From: Ascoidea asiatica JCM 7603 | Lineage: Eukaryota > Fungi > Ascomycota | Reading direction: 5' to 3' | Assembly: GCA_001600695.1 (NCBI GenBank) | Contig: BCKQ01000008.1 | Span: forward strand, 62,001-126,000 | Length of the DNA: 64,000 nt | Shown here: positions 11,367 through 24,126 of the stretch, one piece after another | How positions within the stretch are numbered: position 1 is the stretch's first letter | How the letters are laid out: each line of letters opens with the position of its first letter | The notes under the pieces: generated by a model | The model's input: the letters and a program-made list of their open reading frames with translations, nothing else | Told to the model about the DNA's origin: nothing | Databases searched by the model: none | Position numbers and translations under genes: made by a program

Positions 11367-13214
11367 ATGTCTGATACCAAATCAAATATCATTCAATCTC
11401 ATCTACATTCTCAATCTGAATCTCAAATTGAATCTCAAATTGATTCTCAAATTGATTCTCAAATTGAATCTCAGCTGGATGATAGTGACAGTGATTCTGT
11501 TGCCAGTGTTCAATCAATTCCAATAGATTCTCAAATTGAAGATATTCAAGAAATACAAGAACTAGAACAGATACAACAAATACAAGATATTCAAGAAAAT
11601 CAAGATAATCAAGATAATCAAGATAATCAAGATATTCAAGATAATCAAGATATTCAAGATATTCATGAAATCAAAGATACTCAACCCACTCAACCCACTC
11701 AACCCACTCAACCCACTCAACCCACTCAACCCACTCAACCCACTCAACCCACTCAACCCACTCAGGAAACTCAAGACATTCAAGATATTGAAGATATTCA
11801 AAATATAAATAATATTCATAACATCCAAAACATTAATGATAATCAAGACATTAATGATACTAAAACTAATAAGGATTTTGAAGATAATTTAGAAACTGAA
11901 AAGATTTTAAACATTAAGAATAATAATATCAACAAAAAAAAATTTAAAAATAATAATGATAATCAAGATAATGAAAGTGATGAATTAAGTGATTTAGATG
12001 ATGATTTCATGTCTGCTGCTGAAAATAATGATCAACAATTTAATCAAAAAACAACAAATGCTTTAATTAATTTAAACTCAAATTCAAATTCAAATACAAA
12101 TTCAAATTCAAACACTTTAATACCAAAATATAATACTTTTTATAATTCAATTAAAAAAAAAAAATTGAATTTTTTTCTTTTTGATAATTCTATTGAAAAT
12201 TCAAATTTAGAAAATTTAATTCTTTTAAATAATGGTAATTTAATTAAAAATAATAATATAAATTTATCAAATGAATTATTTTTATTAAAAAATAAAAATT
12301 TATTAATTGATTTAATTATAATTTCAAAATTTTTTAATAAAAATTTTTCAACTTATAATCCAAATTTTATTAATAATTCAATTATTAATCATATTCAACA
12401 AAATTTATCATCTTATAAAAATTTACCTTTAAATGATATAAATGATATAAATGATATAAATGATATAAATGATATAAATAATATAAAAATAATTCAATTT
12501 AATTCAAATAATTCAGATAATTCAGATAATAATGATATTCAAATTATTGATATTAATAATCCAGAAGAAAGATTACCAAATATAAATAGAGTTAATCAAA
12601 TTAAACGTGTAAATAAAAAATATAATAAAAATGAATTTACTCAAGAAGAAGATTCAATAATAATTGATCAAATTAAAAAAAATCCAAAAAAAAGAGGTAG
12701 TCATAAATTTTTTGATAATTTAGCTAAAAATTTCTTACAAAAACATACTGGTAATTCAATTCGTTATAGATTTAGAAATGTACTTTCAAAAGATTTAAAT
12801 TATGTTTATAATGATAATTTATCTTTCATTATTAATATTTCTGATGTTCCTTTAGCTCAAAGAGTTAAATTTAATGCTAATGATGATTATAATTTATCAA
12901 CACATATTATTTCTTATCTTAATAAAAAATATAATAATAATAATCATAATGATATAACTGATTTATCAAGTAATGGAGAAAATAAAAGTACAGTTTATAA
13001 AGTTGATGAAAGAAATCAATTTTCTTTACCAAGTGTACCATTAAGTTTCTTTGATGATTTTAGTAAAAAAAATAATAATCATTCAAAATTTGCTTGGAAA
13101 GATAGATATAGAAAATTTATTTTAAAAAATGGAGTTATTAATTATATTAATTATTATGAAAATGAAATTAATAATAATAGAGTACCAATAGAAGCTAGAA
13201 AAGATTTATTAATC

Positions 13215-13245
<31 letters not shown>

Positions 13246-14309
13246 GTACTAATAAGAAAACTGTCAAAAAAAGAAAAAGATCAAATATTACTAAAAATAC
13301 TAATTCTGAAACTAATACTGATACTAATGCAAACATTAACAAGGATATTAATTCTGATAAAACATATGATAAATCTTTAGATCAAATTATAACTACTAAT
13401 TTATCTGATAATATTTCAAATGATTTATTAAATGAAAACAATAATATCAATATTAATGACAACAATAATGATAATGATAATGATCACGATAATGATAATG
13501 ACAATGACTTATCTAATGATATTGAACTTGTAACTCAACTACAAAATGGTATTCAACAAGAACTTGAAAAACAAAAAAATAATATTAAAGAAAATAATAA
13601 TGATAATAATAATAATGATAATATTACCAATCTTGATAATATGGATGATATTGATTCAAATATAGCACCTGCTTTAAAAAAAGTAAAACGTAATGATTTT
13701 CCCCCAATTTTAATTGATATAGATAACTTTGAACATTCAAATACTATTGATCAAACGGAAAATAATGACAATAATAGCAACAATAATAACACTGATAAAA
13801 ACAATAATGATGATAATAATATTGATGATTTTTCTTCAATTCCACTCAGATCTTCATTATCAACAGAAATTTTAAAAAAAGTTGAAAAAAATTTCACTCA
13901 ATCTTTTCTAAATAATTCACTAAATTATAATTTAAGAAACATTAGAGAAGTAATTAAAAATACTTCAAATAAATCACTTGCATTTGATTTTTTAAAATCA
14001 ATTAGTGATGAAATTGGATTAAATTTAGATTTTGCAAATGAAATGGCAATTAATTGTTCAGGTAGCAAGCATTTGTTTTCAACATATATAGAAAATGTTT
14101 TAAAAACTGGTGATTGTCCACCAAAAAACATTAAAGGTATATTCAATCCAGAAGATGAATATCTTTTTAAAGATTTAATTCATGATTATGATAAAGTTAA
14201 AGAGGATGAAGAATTTAATTTTATAATTGAAAATCTTAAAATGTTTCATGGTAAACACTATTTTGATAAAAGGAAGAAATTTTTTAATAAATTAGCAAAT
14301 AAAAATTAA
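11367..14309 (+). CDS. RAP1: Repressor/activator protein 1 (telomere-binding Myb protein)
   Basis: Tandem Myb-like domains (FTQEED...HTGNSIRYRFR; KFNANDDYNL...AWKDRYRKF); BRCT-like region; C-terminal RCT-like PPKNIKGIFNPEDE. Confidence 0.93.
11679..11759 (+). repeat. Perfect (ACTCAACCC)x9 minisatellite encoding (TQP)9 in RAP1
   Basis: Nine identical 9-bp units read directly from the sequence. Confidence 0.97.
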
Positions 14310-14335
14310 GTTTTTTTGATGTTTTCAATAATAAA

Positions 14336-16033
14336 TTAAAATGAATTATTTAATTTAAATAGTTCATTCAAACTTTCACTGTAATTACTTCTATAATTAA
14401 TGTCTTTTACTATTTCTTTTCGCCTTTTCAATATGGATAATATTTTGGTAATATTTTGTTTATTAAACTTAAAATTTTTTAAGTTTTCAGAAAATTTAAA
14501 TAATTGATTCATAATCTCTAATCTTATTAAAGTATCTATTCTGAAAGTTTCATTTTGATTAATATTCAGATTATTGTTATTAATTGATTTATAAAAAATA
14601 GATAAGATTTTTGAAAAAGATTGAATCATATCAGTATCACTAGGATCATAATTTAAAATTAAATTAAAATTCTTTTCTGAAGAAGAAATCACTTCATTTT
14701 TATTTTTTTCAATTAAGGGAGTATTCATTGATAGAATGAAATTGAAATTGTTAATTTTATTAATATTAATATTTTCCTCAGTTTCATTAAGTTCATTATT
14801 TTCAATAAGATTTAACTTATTAAATTGAGTATAATCTAATGGAATTATATTAAATTTAAATTGAATAAAATCTCTGAAAGTTTTGATAATTTGATAAAAA
14901 TGATAATTAATTAGGTTATGTAATCTTTCCTGAACTAAGTCAGAATTAAAATAATCATTTGATGAATAAATTAAATAAAAATTCAAATTTAAAACTAAAA
15001 CAGTTGAATTATCATTATTTAATAAGGTTTCATTATTTAGTGAAGTTTTATTATTTAAGGAAGTTTCATCTTCAAATGAAACTGGATAGTAATTTAAAAT
15101 TGAATAAGTATTTAAAATTTCTAATAATTGAGTATAATTTTTATTCAAAAGATTATACTCAAATGAAAAAGAATTTGATAAAATTGTTTGAGTTATATAA
15201 TAAGGTAAATCATTATTATTGATTGTTATTAAAGTATAATATAAAATACTTTGTCTTTTGAATTGATCAATATAAATACCTAATTGATCATCTTTATCAT
15301 AATTTGAATGATTATTATCATTATCATTATCATCTTCATTTTCATTATTATCAAATTCATTGAACTTAAATTCTTTATTGTTCAAAATTAAACTATTCGA
15401 ACCCTCAGAATTAGATAAACCATCAGATAATTTATCTTGTTCATAATTCATATTCAATAAAATTAAATCTACGAAATAATTATTTATTTCTTCTTCATCA
15501 TTGATCATAAAATCTAATTGGTTTGAAATTATTGATCTATCAGGTTTAATATTTTTTGGGTCAAATATAGTTAAGTTGAAATTTAAATCAATTAAATTCT
15601 GAGTGTTTTTATTTTTAATTTCATGATTAATTTGAAATTGAGTTGCAAGATTTAAATCTGGATAAGTTATATTATCTATTGAATTAAGGAATATTGGAAT
15701 ATTGAAATGTAAATCTTTTAAAGAATTATTATAATTTGATAACTTCTCTATTAATTCATTACTTGCGTAATTCAAGTTGTTGTGATGGTATATCTGAAAA
15801 ATAATTGAAACTATTGAAACTATTAGAGATAGTAATAACACTAGCTGAAATGAATTATCACCTCGTTTCCTACCCTGAGCACCTTGAACATTAGTTGCTT
15901 CTGTAGCTTGACCATTAGTTGTCTCAATAGCTTGACTATTAGTTGCTACTGTAGCTTGACCATTAGTTATCTCTGTTGACTGGTCATTGATTGCCTCTGT
16001 AGCGGAGTGTTCTTGTTCTCGAATTTCTTCCAT
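14336..16033 (-). CDS. Divergent PIG-S/Gpi17-like protein lacking the C-terminal transmembrane region
   Basis: N-terminal TM, then DLHFNIPIFL..YPDLNLATQFQINH and ILYY...NDLPYYITQTILSNSF, which match Gpi17 motifs. First ATG is at 16033 (the ORF-track start 16075 is GTG). Five 24-nt repeats at 15884-16003. Confidence 0.7.
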   Translation of the reverse strand: MEEIREQEHSATEAINDQSTEITNGQATVATNSQAIETTNGQATEATNVQGAQGRKRGDNSFQLVLLLSLIVSIVSIIFQIYHHNNLNYASNELIEKLSNYNNSLKDLHFNIPIFLNSIDNITYPDLNLATQFQINHEIKNKNTQNLIDLNFNLTIFDPKNIKPDRSIISNQLDFMINDEEEINNYFVDLILLNMNYEQDKLSDGLSNSEGSNSLILNNKEFKFNEFDNNENEDDNDNDNNHSNYDKDDQLGIYIDQFKRQSILYYTLITINNNDLPYYITQTILSNSFSFEYNLLNKNYTQLLEILNTYSILNYYPVSFEDETSLNNKTSLNNETLLNNDNSTVLVLNLNFYLIYSSNDYFNSDLVQERLHNLINYHFYQIIKTFRDFIQFKFNIIPLDYTQFNKLNLIENNELNETEENININKINNFNFILSMNTPLIEKNKNEVISSSEKNFNLILNYDPSDTDMIQSFSKILSIFYKSINNNNLNINQNETFRIDTLIRLEIMNQLFKFSENLKNFKFNKQNITKILSILKRRKEIVKDINYRSNYSESLNELFKLNNSF

Positions 16034-16313
16034 ATTTTCTTCCTGGGCCTCGACTTTCTTTTCCAATTCTATCACAAATTATTTTCTCTGATTGTCTTTA
16101 AAATTTAAACCTTCTTTTTATTTTCTTTTATTTTTTGCTTGGGAATTAAAACAAACAAACAAACAAATAAACAAACTCAATTACAAAAAAGAAGAACATC
16201 CACAAACTTGGCTTCAAACAAAGAGCTCCATTATTCTGGTCTCTACCAGGTGTATGGATGCTACCACCGCAATGGTTACATGATTGCTTCCAGGTTTTTG
16301 GTCTCGTCTTGTT

Positions 16314-16351
16314 AGAGCCCTAACTTGCTATTTTAGGGCTCTGTTGCCACC
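16314..16351. promoter_or_regulatory. Inverted pair of Tbf1-type sites plus PACE-like element upstream of CCT2
   Basis: AGAGCCCTAA (16314-16323) and TTAGGGCTCT (16333-16342) form a perfect 10-bp inverted repeat; GTTGCCACC (16343-16351) is the reverse complement of GGTGGCAAC, close to the Rpn4 PACE GGTGGCAAA. Confidence 0.55.
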
Positions 16352-16600
16352 TGACATTTATATCATCATAACAATTGACAATAATCGTGAAATTTTGAGA
16401 TTGATTGACTTTTTGTTTATAATTTTCAATAGTGGAAAAAAAATAATGTGAATTTTGGAAGAATTGTGTCAATAGAATTTGGAGAAGGAAGTGTTTGATT
16501 TGAATAATTTGTAAAGTCTATTAATTGGTAATCAATCAATCACTTAATCAATCATAATCTAAATATAATTAACTTATAATTAATTTAATAAATACTAATA

Positions 16601-18193
16601 ATGTCAGTGAATATTTTTGGAGATCAAGTAACTGAAGAAAGAGCAGAAAATGCTCGTCTTTCTGCATTTATTGGAGCAATTGCAGTTGGAGATTTAGTTA
16701 AATCAACTTTAGGACCAAAAGGAATGGATAAATTATTACAAAGTGCTTCAACTCAAGAAGCTTTAATTACAAATGATGGTGCAACAATATTAAAATCAAT
16801 ACCTTTAGATAATCCAAGTGCAAAAGTTTTAGTTAATTTATCAAAAGTACAAGATGATTTAATTGGTGATGGTACAACTTCAGTTACAATTTTAGCAGCA
16901 GAATTATTAAGAGAAGCAGAATTATTAATAAATAAAAAAATTCATCCACAAACAATTATTGAAGGTTATAGAATTGCTTCAAAACAAGCTTTAATTGCTT
17001 TAAATAATGTTTCAATTGATAATATTAATAATCCAGAAATTTTTAAAAAAGATTTAATTAATATTTCAAATACAACTTTATCATCAAAAATTTTATCACA
17101 AGATAAAAATCATTTTTCAAAATTAGCTGTTGATGCAATTTTAAGATTAAAAGGTTCAACAAATTTAGATCAAATTCAAATTATTAAAATTGTTGGAGGT
17201 AAATTAAATGATTCATATCTTGATAATGGTTTTGTTTTAAAAAAAAAATTTGGTATAAATCAACCAAAATTAATTAAAAATTGTAATATTTTAATTGCAA
17301 ATACTTCAATGGATGCTGATAAAGTTAAAATATTTGGTGCAAAATTTAAAGTTTCTTCAACAAGTAAATTAGCAGATTTAGAAAAAGCAGAAAAATTAAA
17401 AATGGCAAAAAAAGTTTTAACAATAAGAAAAAATTTTAATAAAATTAATTGTTTTATTAATAGACAATTAATTTATGATTATCCAGAACAATTATTTACA
17501 GATAATAATATAAATTCTATAGAACATGCAGATTTTGAAGGTATTGAAAGATTAGCATTTGTTACAGGAGGACAAGTTGCTTCAACATTTGATAATCCAG
17601 AAAAAATTCAATTAGGATATTGTGAAAAAATTGAAGAAATTATGATTGGTGAAGAAACTTTTATTAAATTTTCTGGTGTTAAAAAGGGAGAAGCTTGTAC
17701 AATTATATTAAGAGGAGCAACAAAACAAACATTAGATGAAGCAGAAAGATCATTACATGATGCATTATCAGTTTTATCACAAACTACAAAAAATTCTAAA
17801 ACTGTTTTAGGTGGAGGATGTTCAGAAATGATAATGTCAAAAGCTGTTGATGAAATTGCACAAAAGCAAGAAGGTAAAAAACAATTAGCAGTTGAAGCAT
17901 TTGCAAGAGCTTTAAGACAATTACCAACAATTTTAGCAGATAATGCAGGATTAGATTCAAGTGAATTGGTAAGTAAATTAAGAAGTGCAATTTATAATGG
18001 TATGTATACATCCGGATTAAATTTAGATGATGGTACAGTTGATGATATGAGACAATTAGGTATTGTTGAAAGTTATAGATTAAAATATCATGTTGTTAAT
18101 TCGGCAACTGAAGCTGCCGAAGTTTTATTAAGAGTTGATAATATTATTCGTGCAAAACCAAGAACTGCAGATAGAAATAGAGGACCAATGTAA
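16601..18193 (+). CDS. CCT2: Chaperonin CCT/TRiC subunit beta
   Basis: [40 protein letters not shown] and IEHADFEG signatures. Confidence 0.98.
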   Translation: MSVNIFGDQVTEERAENARLSAFIGAIAVGDLVKSTLGPKGMDKLLQSASTQEALITNDGATILKSIPLDNPSAKVLVNLSKVQDDLIGDGTTSVTILAAELLREAELLINKKIHPQTIIEGYRIASKQALIALNNVSIDNINNPEIFKKDLINISNTTLSSKILSQDKNHFSKLAVDAILRLKGSTNLDQIQIIKIVGGKLNDSYLDNGFVLKKKFGINQPKLIKNCNILIANTSMDADKVKIFGAKFKVSSTSKLADLEKAEKLKMAKKVLTIRKNFNKINCFINRQLIYDYPEQLFTDNNINSIEHADFEGIERLAFVTGGQVASTFDNPEKIQLGYCEKIEEIMIGEETFIKFSGVKKGEACTIILRGATKQTLDEAERSLHDALSVLSQTTKNSKTVLGGGCSEMIMSKAVDEIAQKQEGKKQLAVEAFARALRQLPTILADNAGLDSSELVSKLRSAIYNGMYTSGLNLDDGTVDDMRQLGIVESYRLKYHVVNSATEAAEVLLRVDNIIRAKPRTADRNRGPM

Positions 18194-18862
18194 TAAATGA
18201 ACTCATACATCATAAAGAAGTTTGATTTTATAGATCTTATAAGTTAAATACACTATTGAAATTTGTAAAAAAGGTATTTTAAAATATTATTGAATAGAAA
18301 TAAATTCAATTCCTGTAGTAAAACTCGAGAATAATTTAATTCTTCCATTTCTTATATTCCACAAAATACTCTTCTTCATCTGTTTATTATCTTTCTCTTG
18401 ACTTGTTTCTGTTGTATTTGAGCTTTCTAAAGACGATTTCTTCAACCTAAAAGCAAAAACATCAAATGAATTGAAAGAGAATACTACAGATAAATGGCTG
18501 ATGAAGTGACGAATTGATTATTCTGTTCTGTTGTTTGAATAAACCCAAATCAACCCACCATCATCATCATCATCTTCTTCTTCTTCTTCTTGTTTCTCTT
18601 TCTCTTCTTTATCTTCTTGTTTCTGTTGTTGTTGGCGTGTCGTTTGGAGCTCGCGTTTGTTTTTGCTTTGTTTTTGCTTTGCTGCTCGTTTCCACGCTGC
18701 GATTTCAGTTCCCACGCCAATTCCAGCCCCACGCCAGAAACAGATCCAAAACCAGCATAAAAACAGAACTTGAACAGAAATGCAAATAAAGGATCAGGAA
18801 TTATTTAATTGAATTGAACATTGTATTATATTATTGTATTATATTATTGTTTATTTAGTGTA

Positions 18863-18898
<36 letters not shown>

Positions 18899-19293
18899 TA
18901 TCATTGTTGTCGAGTATTTCAGATACATCAAATAGTCACCTTCAGCCTTCTGCTTCTCACTTCAAAACAATCCCAAACAAATCTGCAACTGACGGAGATT
19001 TCTCATTTTTGGTTTGTTTTCTTTTTCTGAGTTTGTTTTACAATTTGCACTTTCAGATCATTTTATTTCTGATAAAAGAAGAATCAGAAACTATTATCAG
19101 TCATTAACAACATTCACATATTTATCATTCACTGTTTATTATATATTCAGATTCAATCGTTATCTTATCATATCATATTGTATCCCGTTTTTTTTCTCTA
19201 TTATAATTCTATTTTTTTTCACTCATTTCAATACTCAAAAAATTATAAAATAAATTTAAAATAATTTCAAAATAATTTCGAAATAAAACTAAA

Positions 19294-20244
19294 ATGCCAG
19301 AAATAACAGATTATCAAAGACTTGAAAAAGTTGGTGAAGGTACTTATGGTGTTGTTTATAAAGCTTTAGATCTTAGACATAATAATAGAATTGTTGCTTT
19401 GAAAAAAATTCGTTTAGATTGGGAAGATGAAGGTGTACCATCAACTGCAATTAGAGAAATTTCTTTATTAAAAGAATTAAAAGATGATAATATTGTTAGA
19501 TTATATGATATAGTTCATTCAGATTCTCATAAATTACATTTAGTTTTTGAATTTTTAGATCTTGATTTAAAAAAATATATGGAAAGTATTCCTGTTGATC
19601 TTGGTTTAGGTCCAGATATGGTTAAAAGATTTATGATGCAATTAATTAAAGGTATATGTTATTGTCATTCTCATAGAATTTTACATAGAGATTTAAAACC
19701 ACAAAATTTATTAATTGATAAAGAAGGTAATTTAAAATTAGGTGATTTTGGTTTAGCAAGAGCTTTTGGTGTACCTTTAAGAGGTTATACACATGAAGTT
19801 GTTACATTATGGTATAGAGCTCCAGAAATTTTATTAGGTGCAAAACAATATTCAACAGGTGTTGATATGTGGTCAATTGGAGCAATTTTTGCAGAAATGG
19901 TTAATAGAAAACCATTATTTCCAGGAGATTCAGAAATTGATCAAATTTTTTATATTTTTAGATTATTAGGTACACCAAATGAAGAAATTTGGCCAGATAT
20001 TAATTATTTACCAGATTTTAAACCAACATTTCCAAAATGGAATAAAAAAGATTTAAAATTAGCTTTACCAACTTTAGATAATGATGGTATTAATTTAATT
20101 GAACAATTATTAGCTTATGATCCTTCAATTAGAATTAGTGCAAAAAGAGCTTTAATACATCCATATTTTATGGAAGATAATAATGATCAAAGAGATATAT
20201 CTATGCAACATTCAATACCAATTGGTTCTTCTGTCTATAGTTAA
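19294..20244 (+). CDS. CDC28: Cyclin-dependent kinase 1
   Basis: [47 protein letters not shown]; adjacent to IFA38 as in S. cerevisiae. Confidence 0.98.
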   Translation: MPEITDYQRLEKVGEGTYGVVYKALDLRHNNRIVALKKIRLDWEDEGVPSTAIREISLLKELKDDNIVRLYDIVHSDSHKLHLVFEFLDLDLKKYMESIPVDLGLGPDMVKRFMMQLIKGICYCHSHRILHRDLKPQNLLIDKEGNLKLGDFGLARAFGVPLRGYTHEVVTLWYRAPEILLGAKQYSTGVDMWSIGAIFAEMVNRKPLFPGDSEIDQIFYIFRLLGTPNEEIWPDINYLPDFKPTFPKWNKKDLKLALPTLDNDGINLIEQLLAYDPSIRISAKRALIHPYFMEDNNDQRDISMQHSIPIGSSVYS

Positions 20245-20416
20245 GAAACTCTATAGTTAAGAAACTAAATTATTATTACATATATCATATTATATACATT
20301 ATTTATATACAATAAATAATATGTATGTATTAGATAATTATGTATATAATATATAATATATATATATATATATACTGTATATATATAAGAAATTAGGTAT
20401 TTAATAAATTTCTTAA

Positions 20417-21487
20417 TTAATCAGATTTTTGAGCATTTAATCTTTGTCTTTCTTGTTTTCTTAAAGCTCTTCTTCTAATATCTTTATGCATATTATAATT
20501 AATTTTATTTGTTATTTTACTATAAACTCCAACAGTATTTTCAATAAACCAATGCATTAAAGCATGAGACCAAAATGGAGTTGAAGTCATAAATCTTTCT
20601 TGAGCTCCACATCTTTTATTCCAATTATTTAATGTTGAATTAACAAAATTTTTTGGATTTGGTATTAATAATGAACTTTTTCTAATTTTTGACATTTTTG
20701 AAGTAACTAAATATGAAATTATACAAGTTACTTGAATTTTATTTAAAATTAATTCACTTGATAATGAATTTGACCAATTTTGTAAAAAAGCTTTTGAACC
20801 TGAATAAATTGAGAGATATGGAGTTGGAATTAAACCAGAAAATGAACCCATATTTAAAATTAAACCATTTTTTAAATTTTTTTCATTAATTGTTAATTTA
20901 ATTCTATTTTGAATAATTTTTGTAAATTTAATTGTTGAAAAACAATTAATATTAATAATATTATTTAATTCATTATTATTAATTTCTTCAAAAGATACTG
21001 GAATTGAATGAGATTGTCCAACATTATTAATTAAAATACTTATTGGTAAATTTTTTGTTTTTAATTCAATTTCATTTAAATAATTATCAATTTTTGAAGC
21101 ATCATAAACTAAAATTTCAGTTTTTACATTATATTTATCATTTATTTCTTTTGATAATTCAATTAATTTTGATTCAGTTCTTGAAGCTAATAAAATATTA
21201 AAACCTTTTTTAGCTAATTGTAAAGAAAATTCTTTACCAATACCATCAGAAGCTCCAGTAATTATAGCCCAACATGATTTATCTTTTGATTGATAATTAT
21301 TATAATTAACAGATGGAAAAATTGTTAAATCTAAAATCATTGAAAAAAAAGATAATGAAAGAATTGTAACTTTCCATGAACCAATAATTAAAATTAAAAG
21401 TAAAAAATAATTAAGTAATTTACAATCAGTGATTGTTAATAAATCAGCAAAACCTGAACAAAAATTTAAAACAGCTCTTGAATCCAT
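20417..21487 (-). CDS. IFA38: Very-long-chain 3-oxoacyl-CoA reductase (SDR family)
   Basis: TGASDGIG, NNVGQSHSIP, YSGSK catalytic motif, SKMSKIR, TPFWSHALM. Confidence 0.95.
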   Translation of the reverse strand: MDSRAVLNFCSGFADLLTITDCKLLNYFLLLILIIGSWKVTILSLSFFSMILDLTIFPSVNYNNYQSKDKSCWAIITGASDGIGKEFSLQLAKKGFNILLASRTESKLIELSKEINDKYNVKTEILVYDASKIDNYLNEIELKTKNLPISILINNVGQSHSIPVSFEEINNNELNNIININCFSTIKFTKIIQNRIKLTINEKNLKNGLILNMGSFSGLIPTPYLSIYSGSKAFLQNWSNSLSSELILNKIQVTCIISYLVTSKMSKIRKSSLLIPNPKNFVNSTLNNWNKRCGAQERFMTSTPFWSHALMHWFIENTVGVYSKITNKINYNMHKDIRRRALRKQERQRLNAQKSD

Positions 21488-22116
21488 TTTGCAATAAATA
21501 ATATTTAAAAGTTTTAATCAATAAATTGTTTCTAACTACCAAAGACTGAGTATATTTAAATATCAATTGAATGTTCAAGAAATAGATTGATTCAAATGAT
21601 TCAATTGACTCAATTCAAATTCAAATCTGGAGCAGAATTTGAATTTAAATTTATTTCAATTGAATCAATTTTTGTTTGCACTTGGCTTGAATTTGAACTT
21701 AGCCACGAGGAAAGGCTTTTTAATCCCAATGCGGTATTATTTTATTAAAGAGTGGCGTTGTAATTTAGCGTCAAGTTTAGCGTTGTTTTAGCGTTGTTTT
21801 TGTGTTGCGAAGGTGAATTTGAATCTTTTTCAGTCTCAGGAGAAAGAAATCAGAGGAAGAGAAGACAAGAAGACAAGAAGAAGAGAAGAAGAGAAGAAGA
21901 GAAGAGAAGCCAAGAAAAAGACATGAAGAAGACAAGAAGTAGTTACGAGAAGTCAGTGGAATCATTTAAGGACAATCGAAAGTCATTTATTTTTCATAGA
22001 AGTAAAGTAAATCAGAAATAAGATAAAAAAAAAAAGAAGAAGTTAAAAATATATATATTTTGAAAGAATTAAAAGATAAAAATAAAAAAAGAAGACATAA
22101 TAATAAGCACGTCTGA

Positions 22117-22782
22117 TTACATACGTCTTTGAGCTTGATCAAGACCTTCATTTAAACCTTGTTGAGCCAAGTTTTGTTTTCTACCTGAAGATCTGGTAGT
22201 ACGTTGTTGACCAGATAAAGAAGGATCATTTTGTAAACCACCAGAAACACCACGAGGTTGTTTTTGATAACCTTGAGCAGCAATTTGAGAATCATCAATA
22301 TTATCAGAACCAGTTGAAGAAAATTGATTTGCACCAGCAGATTGTTGATGAGAACCCATTCCAGAACCAGAACCCATGGCACCAGTAGAACCCATACCTG
22401 AAGAAGTCATTCCAGATCTATGTTGTTGTTGTTGATGTAATGGTTGATTTGATGAAGAAGATAAACCTTGGCCTTGACTTAAACCTTGAGATTGACCTAA
22501 ACCTTGAGATTGACCTAAACCTTGAGATTGATGTTGAGGATGTTGAGAAGAACCACCACCTAACATAGAATTAGTTCCAGTACCATCATTATAACCAGGT
22601 TCATTAGTTGAATAAGCTTGATCATAATTTGCACCAGAACCTTTCAAACCACTAGCTTTTTGTTGTTGAGCTCCAGCTTGATTTGAACCCATTTGAGATC
22701 TTTGTTGTTGACCTGCAAGATTTTGTTGTTGTTGTTCATCACCAGATAATTTATTAGAAAGTTTGTTTATAAATCCAGACAT
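22117..22782 (-). CDS. Gln/Gly/Ser-rich hydrophilin-like (probably stress-induced) protein
   Basis: 221-aa ORF with strong codon bias and an A-rich start context; QSQGLG repeats; no recognisable domain; ~2.2 kb upstream region containing STRE-like AGGGG/CCCCT. Confidence 0.75.
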   Translation of the reverse strand: MSGFINKLSNKLSGDEQQQQNLAGQQQRSQMGSNQAGAQQQKASGLKGSGANYDQAYSTNEPGYNDGTGTNSMLGGGSSQHPQHQSQGLGQSQGLGQSQGLSQGQGLSSSSNQPLHQQQQHRSGMTSSGMGSTGAMGSGSGMGSHQQSAGANQFSSTGSDNIDDSQIAAQGYQKQPRGVSGGLQNDPSLSGQQRTTRSSGRKQNLAQQGLNEGLDQAQRRM

Positions 22783-23562
22783 TTTGAAGTAATTTAAGTA
22801 AGAAGTTTTAATTAAAGAGTTAATTTAAAGTGTAAAAAATATAAGTTATAATTTAAAAATTCAATATATATATAAGATAAAATTGAATAATAATAATTAT
22901 GATTTAAAAAATAATTTAAAAAAAAAAAAAAAGAAGAAATAAATGGATTATTTATATATTTATTTTTTGGTATATGAATCTTTGAATAAATCTTTGAATA
23001 CTTCTTGGAATACTTTAACAAACTTCTTGAACAAATTTGTATTTCATTGAGATTTAAATCTTAGAATATCTTATGTATAGTAAATTGTTGGAGATGAGAG
23101 ATATAAAAATCATTGTTGCTAGCAATTATAATTGAAATAATTACTTAATTCAATTAAATCATTTAATAAAAATTAATTATTTCTTTAATAAATTAATGAA
23201 TGAATGAATGAATGAATTTATTAAAGAATTAATTGAATTTTAAAATGCCTCATTAATTGATAAATATTATAATTGAAAACATTAGCAATCGAAAGAATTA
23301 AAAAAAAGAAAGAAGGAAAGAATTCTATATGATTTAATTAATTGAATATGAAATAAATGTAATATATGACATCAAGAATAAAATAGTAATTATTTATTTT
23401 AAATTAATTTATAATATTTTTGGGGTAAATGAATAAATATTGATAATTAATTTTAAATGAATAATTGGATTAATTGGATTAATTGAATTATGTTGGATTG
23501 AATTGAATTGAATTAAGTTCAATTGATTTGATTTGATAATAATTATTAGAAAAGAAAGGTCT

Positions 23563-23631
23563 GGAATTGGAATTGGAATTGGAATTGGAATTGGAATTGG
23601 AATTGGAATTGGAATTGAATTGAATTGAATT
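23563..23631. repeat. (GGAATT)x9 then (GAATT)x3 microsatellite
   Basis: Read directly from the sequence. Confidence 0.9.
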
Positions 23632-24047
23632 GAAGGAATGTAATTTAATTGTAATTATGACTGAATATATTCATCTTTTACATTTGATGATGATGATAAT
23701 AATAATAGTAGTGGTGAAATATAGAATATTCTTTTTTATTAAAGGACCACTGAATTTAAATGGAATTTGATATGTAATTGAATTTAATATGTAATTGGAA
23801 TAAGATTTCAATAAGATTTCAATAAAATGTGAATAAGATGTGAATAAGATGTGAAATATGATTACGAGGCAAGTAATGAATCAATCAGATTTGAAGAAGT
23901 TGTAAAAAGAAAATAAATCTTTTTTTCTCGAAAAAATCGATGAAATAAATCTTTGCTCATAAAAATGATCAGAAACTTTAAATGGAATAAAATTAAGATT
24001 CAGAAACAAAAATAATCACATGACAATAAAAAGGGGTCCCGTTGTGA

Positions 24048-24126
24048 TGGTAGTTCCACTGGGCTGGATGTACCAGCCGAAAGGTACTACCAACTAAGCG
24101 GTACTACCATACACAAGGTACTACCA
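24048..24126. promoter_or_regulatory. Phased array of GGTACTACCA motifs
   Basis: Exact copies at 24083, 24100 and 24117 (17-bp period, different 7-nt spacers); inverted 1-mismatch copy at 24048-24057. Confidence 0.6.

Noticed and set aside
557-16033. Functional link between the GPI-less wall proteins and the truncated PIG-S-like gene
   Set aside because: Proximity only; a full-length GPI17 may exist elsewhere and nothing in the sequence connects them.
18514-19253. Short ORFs upstream of CDC28
   Set aside because: Mostly non-ATG starts and low-complexity translations of simple repeats.
24083-24126. CRISPR-like repeat-spacer array
   Set aside because: Repeats of 10 nt with 7-nt spacers in a eukaryotic promoter, and no cas genes.
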